This document shows positions 10,631 through 24,571 of a DNA stretch of 64,000 bases, piece by piece. Position numbers and translations under genes: made by a program. The notes beneath the pieces are model-generated. The model had not been told where the DNA came from and did not search any database. It saw only the letters and a list, made by a program, of their open reading frames with translations. Positions within the stretch are counted from its first letter, which is position 1. Each line of letters opens with the position of its first letter. Origin of the DNA: Asterias rubens (Eukaryota); assembly GCF_902459465.1 (NCBI RefSeq), contig NC_047069.1, positions 14,632,001-14,696,000 of the forward strand, written 5' to 3'.

Positions 10631-13455
10631 CATTTTATTTTACCAGTCAGAAGGCAAGAGAGTCACGCTGAAGAAGAAGAAAAAAGGGAGAAAATTATGA
10701 GGTTTAAGTTGATCTGTGCTCGCGGGGTCCCAGTGAATGATTACGTCGACCTCGCCTGGGGGATTCGCACATTAGCATGGGTGATAAGACAGCTCCCCAA
10801 ATCGGACAACTCCTGTCACAATTTATACTCCCACCAGAGTGGGTTAAAATGACAGAGATTTATGGCGACTGACAAAACCGCAAGGCTGAGGTAGTTTGCT
10901 AAGGTTACAAAACGTATTACATGTTACCATTATCATGCTGACTTTTCAAAAACACAATCAAGGACTGGTCCTGGTGAGCGAAGTGTCACAAACAGCTTAC
11001 AGCGCGCTAATGACATGAAGTTCACGTGGCCTGCTCTGTTTATACACTGAAAAGGAAGGGACCCACTAAACTCGGAACCGTCTCATAAAGAACTGGGAAA
11101 TGATCCTCATTTTCAAAGCCGGACACGGCAGAGCGGAAATGCGGATATAGACACCTCTCAATGGGGACAATCTGAGGCCGCTCAGGGTATTGACTTCCCA
11201 TAATATCAAGTTAATTTAGGAAGGAATTTACTCAGTCAGAGATGGAAGCAGTGAATTGGAAAGCTCTGGCGACTGATTAAAGGAAACACATGTGACGTAT
11301 AATTGACCATCATTGCCAGTGAAGCTCCCTCGGTGTGTAGGAGCCATTTACCTCGGCCGGGCTTCATGATTGAATCTTGGGGGGCTCTGTCGAGCTAGCG
11401 GTGGAGTGGAGAGCAATAATGCCGATCCAATGTCTGTTGTGCATTTTCGACGTCTGTGAAAACAGTTTCCCTGTAGTCTGTGAGTCTGCTTTGTTGGATG
11501 GCACACTCTTCAGGGATCAAAATCCACTGCTAAATGTTTTCACAGCAAGGAAAATATCCAAGACGGTTCTCATAACTGGTGTGTCCAATTCAAGTGGAAT
11601 CTTGTGATGACGTTGTATAAAACATTGGATAGCCAAATGGTGCGGTGTAGTCTGCTGTAAGAGTGGCAGGCTTGCACTCGCAAGGTTTTTAAATTCCCTA
11701 AATTAATTAACAGCACTTTCAGATTCCCAAGCTACCGGTGACAACATCGGGGTAAAACAGACAACTGCCATGTGATATATTTGATTAATTCCCAGAAGAA
11801 GAAAACAACACACAACCAAAACATTATTACAAAATAAAATAGACATGAAGAATGTCCCTGATTTTTAAATGCTATTGCAATCGTTTATTTATGGACACTG
11901 TTATTACAAAAACACGTTCAGTGAGGGCAGTACACGTTGTGTAGTTCAACTATTTATGAAGGTAGAAATGGTTCAACTAACTCTGCCGAGTATTTGTTAA
12001 CTGATTGTTCGATTATTACATACTATAAGTTTCCACGAATTCTGCATGCTATAAAACACACACACATGGATTTGGATGGAACAAACTTTAATCCGTTCGG
12101 TAAGATCATTTTAAAACCAACCGTTTCTGATAATCAATGGCAGAATAATGTTTGCCGTTGTACTCTTATTCCCACTCCCAGTAAAAGACATCAACCAGTG
12201 CGTTTACTTTTGATGAGGTAACAATCATACAATGATTTCCCCACAAACTCTAGCGTAGATTTTTTTTTTCTCACCCATTTATATACAACCTCCGTCCACA
12301 TTTCATGAAAAGTGCCTGGAGGTTTCCACTGGTAGAATTACCTCATGATACAGACTATCCCTGAAATAGCGCAGGCCCGAGGGATCTGGTAGTGATAAAC
12401 CACAAGCGACTGTAAACGCAGGGGGGTTAAATTTCATTTCCACATTGAGGAAAAAGAGAACTAAAAAAGACTGCAATCTCAGAGGCATGCTCATGCATGG
12501 AGTTTCCATCCCATCGAAGTGCACACACGCTGTGCCCTTCGCTGGCAATGTAGTAAGCCGTATATATTTTACCTCCATGTTCAAACTAACGGTTTAAAAC
12601 TGATGTGCATTTACTTCAAAACTGCATATCTAAAGTTTACACAGCAGGCCCATATTGAGATTGAGCTGGGAGAATTTCAAAGCATGTGTGTGCTATACCA
12701 CGATGCATGTAGTATGCCTGTGGTACCCTTGCAGCACACACTTCCTATACACACAGTGCCTTCCTGTGCCCGTTATCTACCCCGACCAGTGATAATAAAA
12801 ACTTACAGTTGGATGACTACAGGCAGGGACTGCCTAACTGTCCATTCATCAGTTATAACATCTCCTCACTGAGCATATAGAATCCACACAAACCCATGCA
12901 GGGAACAGGTAGTAACAACGCGTAGCTTTCCATTTAGTGTATAAATCGCCCGGGTAGAATATTCCAGTTTGGTTTATCGACGAGAGAGAAGTACGAACTG
13001 GCGAAGTTTTTTTTTTTGCCGTGGTGTGTGCTGCCACAGATAGATTTAGATACTTCAGCCCAAGCTCTCCGTGCTGTTCCGGTCTCCACTGAAGGACTTT
13101 ATTTACTGCTGGGCGGAATTCTTTCACTAGCGAGCTGCAAGCAGGCACTTGGGTATTGATATGTAAATGTAAGGGGGCGTACTCTTTGGGTAGCACCATT
13201 ACACCATAGGTGGTTTCTACTCTTGTCACCTGCATTTCCGGAGTGGCTAATGTGGCCCTCGATTCCAGCAGAGACCGGATGGATTTCATCACATTCTAAA
13301 TTCCTCGCAGTGTAGTATTACAAATAAACAAACGGCAAAGTCGGTCAATCTTTTTAATGCTTGAGACATATTTCATGTAATTACACTTCGCTGCGCTTCC
13401 CCTCAGCACTAAAAAGCACACCCCTCCTCCGGGTAGTGGTCGAGTCCACGATTTG

Positions 13456-13535
13456 CCTTATTTGGACAGGGTCTGTCAACATCCCTGGCGAATGATTTGC
13501 TGCTCGCTAATCTCTCGGGATCAGACATTTCCGGT
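13456..13535 (-). promoter_or_regulatory. Serum-response-element-like module (CArG box plus ETS site)
   Basis: CCTTATTTGG at 13456-13465 fits CC(A/T)6GG. ACCGGAAAT on the minus strand at 13527-13535, with another CCGGAAAT at 13234-13241. It lies in a CpG-rich patch (13.4-13.8 kb). Confidence 0.5.
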
Positions 13536-15899
13536 CTTATCGTGTTCCGTTTTGCAAGTTTATCAAAAACAAACGCGAATGGGGTTTGGTGGGACCCGGT
13601 GTTTACCGATGAACGCAGCTAGCGTCCCCCTATCGTCAAGTTAGTGGTCACGTCTCGCTGTTCGTAACCGCAGGGATGGCCCCGGGTTGGACGGGGTGTC
13701 CTAGCGGGTTCCCCCGCTGGTTTTGACGGGTCGCTGTTTCGTCCATGATGACCCTCCCTCGGAAAAAAAACTCGTGCATCTCTTACAAAAATGCCGTGTG
13801 TCGTTGTACACCGTTAACAAATCACGCCAGAAATTGACAGCCTCAGAAATAATGCACTGCAGATTTGGCATGGATCACGTACGGTAGCATGTCCTTGCCA
13901 TATCGAAACAAGCACTGACATAAGTTTTCAATCTTCATTTAGGAAACAACTTCATTTCTGATGATTTATGTAATTCCACATTCCCAATCATTTCATCTTA
14001 ATTTCATGCAACATCTTACGAACATTTACATTTAGCCTTTCTTTTTTTTAACGGCAAAGTACACCTTTACAAACCGCAATTGACCTATAATTAATCATTT
14101 CGCAACCCAACGAGAGGGTTGCGTAAAATAGGTTAGTTCATGTTAATGCACTACTGCTGCTGCTATTATCGGTTGGTCACTTAATATGACCCTCAAAAAT
14201 GTGTATGCCTAAATTTATATTTAAAAGAAAGTTCAAAATATAACTGGAACAAGACAGGCTTTTCTGAATAGTTTAAGGAATAAGGTAACAAAATAGAAAA
14301 ATTAATTTATTACATGTGATTATTTCTTTGTATGGTTTGCTGGCAGTAAATAAGATCCACTCAACTGTGATTTAGTTCGAATTTGGGGTACTGTCAACAG
14401 GTTTTACTCCGTGTAGGCCTATACAGCCTTGTGTAATCGTTGTATAATTTTGGTGTATATGTATGTTTTGTAACTGCTGTGTCTGAATGAATGAAAGATT
14501 TAATAATTGTTATGTATTAATTAATAGTCCCTTGTGGTTCACTGCTTGAATTATTAGCACATGTACACGTGGACGAGTCTAGCAGGGCTAGGTGGACGAA
14601 TTTGACAATCGTGCTCTATTCAGCATTGTGGCACATCCCTCACACCACATGATTATAATACACTCCAACCGTGAAAAAAAGGATCCTGCGAATGTCACAC
14701 ATCAAGAATAACATCGCTCCAAGCTAGTGGCTTCCCCCTCCCTTTAAGAAAAACACGCACCCCAAAAGAAGCAGGCTGTAAACAACACTCAAAGAACCTT
14801 CCTCCTATAAACGAAGGTAGACAATCACCTCAAAAGAGCCACACGGAAGTGTTTCATTAGAATTCATTTTAGGCGGTTGAAAAATAGGCTCATTACAGCC
14901 TCTGCCTGGACAATAGCAAGAGACAAGGCAAAATCAGAGTGTTTCAGGACTAGTGTATAAAAGCTCTGGTACACTTCATAAGCGGAGGGTTGTTTCAATG
15001 GGGACGAGGCTACTGCAACAAAAGTGTTGTGTCTTTCTGGGTGGATTTTGTATAACGCCAGTCCCAAGTCGGGTAAAAGGTTCTCTCTCTATGCTGCTGG
15101 CTTCGACAATCACTCCCCAAAACCCAGGGACAACAACAACCTCCACACACTGAGGGGTTTGTGCCCGTTTCACTTGTTCGCTCATCTCATCAGAAAGATT
15201 AAAGTATCGATCGATCCACTTGGTGAAATAGCGTTGCAAGAGAAACATAGTGCGGAAAAGTGCGTAGCGTGTTTTTAACATAGACTGTTAGGGGAGGGGG
15301 TGGGGTAAGAATTGCCTCTCCAGAAAGGATCATCTTAAGATGGATGGATTGGATGAGGGGGTTTAAGGTGTACAACCCCCCCCCCCCCCCCCGCCCGCGG
15401 CTGCACTTGAATTTTGAGAGTGAGAGCCGGTTTGAAACACATCTTGTTTCTTTTTGTCAAGGTGTTAATATCCCACTAAGGGTCGGAAATTGCCGATCGA
15501 TAATGGATCGAAGAGGTGTCGAATGGAGGAGAATGGCCCCGTGATGGGGGGACTCGGGGGCACCGTGGAAACACGGTCAAATCACCCTTAATTACCCCTC
15601 GATGGTATTGGGTCATGGACCCAAGCTCCGGGCAAGACGGTATCGAACACATGTATACTTATTTTTCATTTTTTAGTACAGCAGGTATGGGATTGTGCAT
15701 TTTATGAAACATGAATGGTATTTGGCACAGTCAGAGTATGACATGAGCAACACATCTTGCATTTGGGCCATCCCAGATTTGCTATTATACCTATACTCAG
15801 GTAGAATAACAAGAAATGGCGGCCATTAAAAAAAAAAAAGTATTGCTTTCCCCCGAAAATTTTCACAACTCAAATCTGCAACGCCCTCTATAGACAACT

Positions 15900-16200
15900 A
15901 TCTTTCTCCTGATATACTCTGACTCTGTGCCAAGTTCCCAAAGGCACCATTCCCAAAAACGATTCCCCTATCTGCCCTATCAATATCTACTTCTGCTCTT
16001 GACCGTGTAATCAAAATACAACTAAAGACTATACAAATTAATTAAGACATGGCCAAATTATTTCCCTAAACGAATTTCACAAAAAGGTACTCTGCCACCA
16101 TTCCAAGCATGACTCATCAACCCATACCAGACAGATCTTAATGGATTTGTGAACAATCAATTTAAATCAATGATTAAGAGAAGCGGAGAATGAAAGACGA
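15900..16200 (+). mobile_element. Possible 3' relic of a CR1/L2-type LINE
   Basis: Translated fragments YFPKRISQKGTLP and NQFKSMIK resemble the FFSxRV...WNxLP...FK RT C-terminus. Very degraded. Confidence 0.25.
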
Positions 16201-17791
16201 CTGGCAAAAGAGGACAAGATTTTGTGGTTTTAAATTAGACTTAAGTCAGACTTTCTACGAGTCCTTGCATAAACATTGCACCTTTTGTTACAAAGCTCAC
16301 TGTGACTGACTAGATTTGCACGAGACCCGACTGGAACCAAGTCTATGGTTGTACACACACAGTAGTCCCAAGATATCTTAAGGCCCAAAAATAGTTTCAT
16401 TGATTCTGGATTAGTTTTAAAATTCATCTGCATAAAATAGTGTTAATAACTTAGTTACGAATGTTGCTAATGGAGTTGTGTTAAACGTGGGGAAACAGCA
16501 TTTCACTGAGTAACGACTCGAGACAAGACTAACACAGGAGTACAGACAATCCATCAACATTTAAAAATACAAATATGTCGGCAGATCGAGTGTCTGTTGA
16601 TGATTTGTGAATCCATGTCTATCTTTCTTGATTCAGGTTTTTAGATGAAGTAAACAAGAAGCTTTCTACGTAATTGGAAACGGGTAGGACTATTAGCTAA
16701 AGTAAAAACGCATCCGGCGAAATTTGGAAAACAACTCACAGAGTGAGCACTTTCGAGAGACGCTGTAGAGTTTAAGCCAAAACCTAAGGAAACCCTTTTT
16801 GATCGAACAGCAGCGTTGAAGAATGGGTATCAGCAGCGATGTGGCCATAGCCGTAGCCCATACCGTCAACTCAGGCGATGGCCCGAACCTACATTTCGAG
16901 AACACCCAATCACCGATTGTCTACTGCAATTTTTTCATTTGCGGATTTATTTTCAGTAGAGAAAGAAAAAAAATGTACCTCCAGGAAATGTCTTCTCTAA
17001 TAATATGCCTACAGATTGACTATAATGACATATGACAACACGATATAAAGCCAGATAGACCAACTGAGACAGGTTCAAGGTTTCAAGCTCATTAATGTGT
17101 ATCAGTCGTAGTTGCAATACCGTGTAGCCACAAATTGTCTCAGCAAATTGTCAGATGAAAGCTGACAGAGATGGTTGGTTGAGCCCCAATATGATGGCAA
17201 CGTATACTAACTGAGTGATACCAATAATTATAACCAGATAGATGAACCCATGAAGACGTGGCCTACATTTGAAGAGTAGTAGCTCATGTAACCGGATTTC
17301 AATCTACCACATACATCCGATCTGCTGATACCGGCAGAGCGTTCCAACCATGCAATACTATTGATTAAACAGATCAGACATCCGCAGATAATATACTTAA
17401 TTGCATTTGTTTCCTGTAAATTTCATTACAAGACATAGAGAAACCCAAACGGATGCCATTTCAAATCACCATTTTTTCTTCTCCACACCAAGGTGATACT
17501 TCTCCGGATTTAAACCCGCTCTGCAATTTCCCAATCCTCGTTTCGGGTCATGGCCGAAATTATAAAACACAATTACACACAGTTATAAACCAGTCTTCAA
17601 ATACAGTTGTCTGTGGAGCAAGCGATATCAACTTTTAATGGTGGTCGGAGCATACATAAAAAGATAAGGGGCTTGTTGTCCTCCAAAGAGAGGACATCTT
17701 GTAACCTCATTTTCCGTTTCCACAAAGCGTTGGTGAAGAGTACGCTGTACCATAGCTGTACAATGTTTAAGGCCCAATGTCACAGAGTTGG

Positions 17792-18182
17792 TTAAAGGCA
17801 GTGGAGTGGACACTATTGGTAGTTACTCAAAATAATTATTATCATAAAACTTTTCATGATTACGAGTAACGGGGAGAGGTTGATAGTATACAAATATTGT
17901 GAGAAACGGCTCCCTCTGAAGTAACGTAGTTTTCGAGAAAGAAGAAATTTCCACGAATTTGATTTCGATACCTCAGATTTAGAATTTAAGTCTCGAAATC
18001 AAGCATAAGAAAGCACACAACTTCGTGTGACAAGGGTGTTATTTTCTTTCATTAATATCTCGCAACTTCGACGACCGATTGAGCTCAAACTTTCACAGGT
18101 TTGTTATTTCATTCATATGTTGAGATACACCAAGTGAGAAGACTGGTCTTTGACAATTACCAATAGTGTCCAGTGTCTTTAA
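17792..18182 (-). mobile_element. Family A TTAA-MITE (Kolobok/T2-type), full length
   Basis: TTAA on both sides. TIRs AG(A/G)CA(C/G)TGGACACTATTGGTA, with an internal gatttcgagacctc/gaggtctcgaaatc-type palindrome. Confidence 0.85.
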
Positions 18183-19344
18183 GCACAAACAAGTAGCTAA
18201 TAACACCAAAACGAAATGATGCTTACTAGAATCAGATTACTACACTATCGTCCTGGTATCCTGCTCATTTCTGCTAGGCAATGAAATTGGGCCCAGTGGT
18301 TGATGATGACGAGTAAGCCCTCGTTGTACAATCATAAAGCTACAATGTACCATCAGTTCTTGAGTCAAACCCACGCTCAGCGCACGTGCACACGGCCAAA
18401 TCAGCAAACACAAAATGAGTCTCACTCCGTAGCATTACGAAATTAAAGACAAGATTTTTTAATTCCGACGAGAACGCAGAGCGCTGATTATTTGTTTAGC
18501 ATCCCACGCGTCTAGGTTAAAAATAACAATACCCCAGCTTTATCGAACTGTGTCAATAATAATTAAAATATTTATAATTGGGAGCACATTATTACGGCGA
18601 AGAAGGGCGGGAGATCATGTTGTGTGGGTGTGGGGGCCTTGTTTGGGGGGGGGGGATAGAGGCGTGTGTGGATTCGAAATATAACTATTATTGATTACAA
18701 CAGCCACCAATTGTTTCTGAAATAGAAACTTTGATTGGCTGTAATTTTCCTGATTCTTTCTGGATCCTTCCCTTAATCCCTTTCCCCCTCTCTTTTTCTA
18801 TAAATGGATATGTATTTGTTTGTACATGTTTTATGCCTCTGAAGAAGGTCCGGTTTGGATCGAAAGCTAAGGCCATCTACCCTACTTATATATTATTGAT
18901 TACAATAATATATTCAGGGAACAAATTTAATGTATATCTGGTAACACCAATAATAAAATTAGGTTTAGATTTACAACAATTCGTAACCACCTAACTACAG
19001 TCATGGGACTAAAGGCATACAAAGTATTTGTTCAATGAATGAAAACTGGCCGAGTTGTTTTAACTTGTTGTAATAACTTCGAGAACGTTTGAATACCTAA
19101 CAAAACAAGTTAAAGCATTTGTTCCTTTTCTATTTAATTTGAAGTAGAACTTCAGTCCTCTGCATACAAGACGATTCGTTCATATTAAATCTAAAAAAGA
19201 AGATAGAAAACAGAATCTGTCGCACTTCAAATTGCAATCTAACAGTTTCTCTCTATAAATAAAGGTGCTGGATAACAAGCACTTAACCGTCACCAAAAAT
19301 GTGGCCATCTAATTTATTAGCAAAGGGAGTAACATTACAAAACA

Positions 19345-19545
19345 ATTTGCCAACAGTTTCATGACGTACATATCTTATAAGTTAGTCTGTATCGTCGGAG
19401 AAAGGCGACGAAAAAAATCCCCCACAAAACTCGAAGAGCAGCCCCCCAAAAATTGCCAACAGTTTCATGACGTACATATCTTATAAGTTAGTTTTCACCG
19501 TCGGAGAAAGGCGACGAATAAAATCCCCCACAAAACTCGAAGAGC
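19345..19545. repeat. Tandem duplication, period 106 bp
   Basis: ttgccaacagtttcatgacg...aaaactcgaagagc x2. Confidence 0.95.
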
Positions 19546-19604
19546 GTCAATGACTCAAAGCAAGCTAGAAAGTACAGCGGCAACAAAAACGCATTCATAC
19601 TCAC

Positions 19605-19702
19605 GTTAAAAGACACGAATATATTAAATGTTCCCAGTCGCTGATTTCAATAAGGAATCTCACTCATGTCGACAGTTCTGTTTATCACTTAAAACCAAGT
19701 CC
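19605..19702 (-). other. Candidate 98-nt non-coding exon
   Basis: Acceptor gtgtgattttcgtcag| and donor AAC|GTGAGTA. It contains only a 6-codon uORF (MSEIPY*). Confidence 0.35.
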
Positions 19703-21591
19703 CTGACGAAAATCACACGTGAATTTCCACAGAAAAATATAATATATTTTAATATTATACGTCAGACCATCATAATGCATACAGCACTTCTGCGGTGCGT
19801 GTATGGTCGGTAGTCATTAGTAGCATGTGCGCTGCATCAGTGCATACACGATCTCAAATAACTCGAGTATGCACTTTTTTAGGGTTGAAACTCCAATCTG
19901 TTCAGGTTTTTTTCCTTCATTTTTTCCCCCTTTTTTTTTTACGTTTTCAATTATTATATATATAGCCTACTTCATTTCCAATCGATAAAAAAGCCCAATC
20001 GAGAAAAGAAAGAAATATTTGGTGACTAAAGATTTTACTCAACAGCCCGTGAAGCACCCGGGGTAACACGTTGCGGGTCAATGGGGACAATCTGAACTTG
20101 GAGACCAGCGAGATTGCTTGCACAATAATTATGGTATGATTTCGGGTACCGCGGTTAAATAATGGCAATGGGTATGGGATAGCTGCATGTAGATGCCGAG
20201 GGGCTTGGGTAACCCCTAAAGCACCCCTGTAGCTGTAATAGTTGTTAGGGTGGGTGGGATGATTTGGTGGTTCGCTCTCTCTTATGCTCTTACCAACTCA
20301 CCATGATCCAGCTCTGTATGGCGTTTATACAGAAACCGATTATCACACAGAAACTGTATGATGTTTTGAGAAATCGAGGTGAACAGTTATGACAATAAAA
20401 CAATGTTACCTTTACTTGATCTGAATGCTTTTAAGAAATCATTTCCACCAACCAATTCACACTGTGATTGTGCGAACAACGTTGACATGCCCTGCAAATG
20501 CAGACAAAGTCCGTCGCATGGTGGCGCTATTTAAAACAAATATGGAAGGGCAACAAGGTCCCCGATTGCACGTGTAAATCGCGGGAACAATGTTAATCAG
20601 TTATGTAAATAGATCTATTTGGGGTAAACCACGCATGCATCATCCGCTAACAATTCTTTCTAATTTTGTTGGACAATGATAAAAGAAAGTATCTTCAAAT
20701 TTTTGAAGGTTCGGTTTCCTGTTTATGGTGAAAAGCAACCGACCAAACAGTGGCCAGTGAACGCACCCAACTCAGGCGTGAAAACAATGAACTCAACCCA
20801 TGCAGATATCCGCAGTAAAGAAATAATACCTCCCCCCCCCCCGCAAAGCTTGATTAATTTTTCAGTTCAGTGGGGAAATTAAACGATGCCTTTATCCTTT
20901 TGCAGGTGGACAATATTGCCAAAGCAAGATTCAAACAAGACCATGTTTTTAGAGAATGTTAGAAAGATGCTTGATTGAGGATCAAACTCTGATTGAGTGT
21001 CTTCAGACAGTAATTGTACAAATTCGTTACCCATGAACAAAACTATTGGAGAGAGAAAAAAGAGTACAGGAAAACATCGAATCAAACTTAAGTTTTGAAA
21101 GCTGTGTCTGATTATAAAAGTTCATATCAATACCATTCACGTAGACAAATATTTCCGTCTATGGGGGCTCAACGTCAAAGTAAAAACAAAATTGCAGTTG
21201 AAGATTTTGGTATCTATATTGCAGTCACAAAAAAAGTAAAAATCAACCAAATTATGCGATATATTTTTTAAGTTCAATGTTCACTAAAACCGGATAACCT
21301 CATTATTTTTATGAACCATGTGTTTTCCTGGTTAACGAGTTTCCTGGCAAGAGTCAGAAACAATTTATTAAGTTTAATCAAAACGAATAAAATTCAAGGA
21401 TTTTTTTCCTAATTCGACCTCACTGTGTTCTTGCAATTAAATTTCGTTTTCCTGGAAGCATGATTTCGTTTTTCATTCTGGTTCGTTTCAGTCATACTTT
21501 TTTCATTTAAAGACATTCCAGATTTCACTGTTTTTCTTTCTACAGACGTTCTACTTAATTTTCACAATTATTCAGTTGAATTTCTAGTACA

Positions 21592-21770
21592 AAAGACACT
21601 GGACACTATTGACAATTGTCAAAGACCAGTCTTCTCACTTGGTGTATCTCAACATATGCATAAAATAACAAACCTGTGAAGTTGCGAGATAACGATGAAA
21701 GAAAAAATACACTTGTCACATGAAGTTGTGTGCTTTAAGAATAGTTGATTTCAAGACCTCAAATTCTGAA
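21592..21770 (+). mobile_element. Family A MITE, left half only
   Basis: Runs from aagacactggacactattg to ttgatttcaagacctcaaattct, then the similarity is lost. Confidence 0.8.
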
Positions 21771-21958
21771 CCAGTGTGAGTTTTGTGTTGAAATTGCAAA
21801 GAAAACCCCAGAACTGGAGTTCACGCAATTGTTTCTACATTTGGAGTTTCTCTTTCTAGAAAATATACGATTTCGAAAATAACATAATTGAAATGGTTTA
21901 ATAATAAACCATTATCACAGCCGGAAAAAAAAGAAAGAAAGAAAATGGGTTTTCCATC

Positions 21959-22345
21959 TTAAAGGCAGTGAACACTATTGGTAATTACTCAAAATAATTA
22001 TTAACATAAAACCTTTCTTGGTGACGAGTAATGTGGAGGGGCTGATGGTATAAAAACATTGTGAGAAACGGCTCCCTCTGAAGTGCTATGGTTTCAGAGA
22101 AAGAAGTAATTTTCCATGAATTTGATTTCGAGACCTCAGATTTAGAACTTGAGGTCTCGAAATCAACCATCTAAACGCACACAACTTCGTGTGACAGGGG
22201 TGTTTTTTTCTTTCATTATTATCTCGCAAGTTCGATGACCGATTGAGCTAAAATTTTCACAGGTTAGTTTGTTATGCATATGTTGAGATACACCAACTGT
22301 GAAGGCTTAGTCTTTGACAATTACAATAGTGTCCACTGCCTTTAA
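21959..22345 (-). mobile_element. Family A MITE, full length
   Basis: TTAA flanks and both TIRs present. Confidence 0.85.
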
Positions 22346-24571
22346 GGAAAGAGAAATAACCTCGTTGAAGTTCCTACAAAGTTCGTCACTTCTTTGGGTC
22401 AACAAAATCAATCACTTCCCCATGATGGTATTTCGACGAATAAAAAAAGCTCAGTTCTTCCCTTCTTCCGGCAGCGGATGCCGTACAAGAGATGTTTTCA
22501 ACCGGCCTGGTCCTTGCTAATGAATCAAGTCCGGCCACGGAAGCTAGTACCAGGCAAATTAATAATGAAGACCCTACCATATGGTAGGGTTATCCATTCT
22601 TTGTGGACAAAATCACCGTAAGGTAATAAAGTTTAAAATCTGCCTCCCCCCCCCCCAAAAAAGGGGGGGGGGAATAAACTTAATGGTTTACCTGTCTCTC
22701 CACTTCATAAATTTATGAAATGAATATCATAAACAGGTATTGAATGAAAGGGTTGAACATGTGTTTTTTAAAGGGGTTATTTTGTTGACTTTGGCAGAAA
22801 CGGTTGACCCCCATAACTAGTGTGTATTGCAATTTACGATAACATTGGCTTATTGATGACAGTCAACATGCATAAGTGGCATTATGTTAAAAAAAATTGT
22901 TCTGTGTGTTTTTAAAACATTCCCTTTAAGCGAAAATCAATTTCTGTCAGTTAATGTCTTTGATCCAACCATCCGCAATTTCAAAAAAAGAAACTCAACA
23001 TTTTAAAAACATTGTTAACTCCGAACGTAGGCCACCTACATCAAATAAATATATAACAATCAAAATAATAATTAATAAATTAATTAATAAATGTGTCCAA
23101 TCGCAATGCAGCCCTTAGTCATGCAACACGCAAGAAATTATTGAAGATTTCTCGAAAATTGCATTTACTTACTTGAACTTATTGAAGAGTGACAAGTTTG
23201 AATGAAGTCAAACTTTAAAAACAAAAAATATTTTATTTTAAACAAACTATGCACGAACCCTTTAAAACAAAGGTTTATAATACAAATCATCACGAGACTC
23301 AATAACACAAGTCTTTCAAGAATAACGGAAAAGAATAAAGGTCACGTGCTTTCTATTCAAACTGTCAATCATCGCATGTGGCGGGTAAAAGAAAAATAAC
23401 TTCGCGCCAATTTCACGGTTTTTCCCACTCTTTTATTTTCATAATTATAACGAACAACAGCTGAAAAGATATCAACTACATAGTTAACCTCCATTATTTC
23501 GGCTGGGTTTTTTTTCTCTCTAGATCGCAATTACGAAAGGAATTTGGTTATTTATAAGGACAGGTTTGGGATTGATTTGCAAATAATCAAGTATTTGCTG
23601 CATGACATGTTATCAAGTTATCATAGGGTGAATTATGTAGTTTCCGCTGAGGTGTTGGTTTATAACACGTTCTTGTGTATTTTTGATTGACGTAATTATT
23701 ACTAACACGTGTAGTTTGTGTGCATACCAATGTTGGCTTGTGGGCTTTGCTTTTTTTGCCTCTCTACAGACGTGTTTTTTTTTCTCTTCACAATACAAGG
23801 ATGTAGTCCATGATGCTCTTTGATTAGGTGCTAAGTGACAAGCAAATAATGCGTGAGAACAAACAGTGTATGGTTTGACCATGGTTTGACCATCACACAA
23901 GTGCATTGTTTATTGATACAGAAGCAGTCCTTTCGGCATCAGTAAACTTTAAGAAAAATTCGCCACGAAGACTTTGGGGTTATCGCTTTTACATTGCTTT
24001 TGATGAATGACAGTTTCAAGTTGGGCAGTTGATGGTTAACAATTCACTAATCAACACACCAAAAGCATCATTGTAATTTATACCAGACAACCTGTGTCCG
24101 ATATCCGTTTACTAATTAACAATTTCATGAATCTGTGATTGATTTTTGAAACTTAAACTGAAGACTTCAATCTTTGTCTCATTCTAAAAATGGACAAGGA
24201 GGGAATCAATCAAATCCGGATTGCGATCCATGTATAGGCCTTTTCGAAATGGTTGCTGCTGTGGCTTTGGCTTCACGTATATATGTTAGAAGCCATGTAC
24301 AAAGGGGGCAAGTTTTAAAACTAACGGGGCCAAAGCCGGCCGGAGACCAAGCTGCAGCTAAAGTCGTAGTTTCGAAAAACGAAATAATGACCCACAAAAA
24401 ATTATGGTATTATCCCCGATGCAAATTTAACCTACTATGATGGGAATTGTCAAGATATTCCGAAAACTTACAATACAATACTTCATGCAGTTACAATCTT
24501 CACTAAATCTTCACTAAAGATTGTCTTAATTTGGAACATAGAGCAATGATGATGGGGGGGGGGGGCACCTG

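Noticed and set aside
9389-10700. ORFs 9389-9940, 9624-9920, 9763-9957, 10257-10466 and 10515-10700
   Set aside because: They are alternative-frame or antisense shadows of the GC-rich Sprouty CDS, with no recognisable motifs.
12849-13292. 147-aa minus-strand ORF
   Set aside because: No domain similarity; it lies in presumed UTR or intron sequence.
20510-20530. CTCF-like motif (gcatggtggcgcta), also 49445-49460 and 43065-43080
   Set aside because: These are partial matches only, and one probably lies in a repeat. They cannot be supported without PWM scoring or ChIP.
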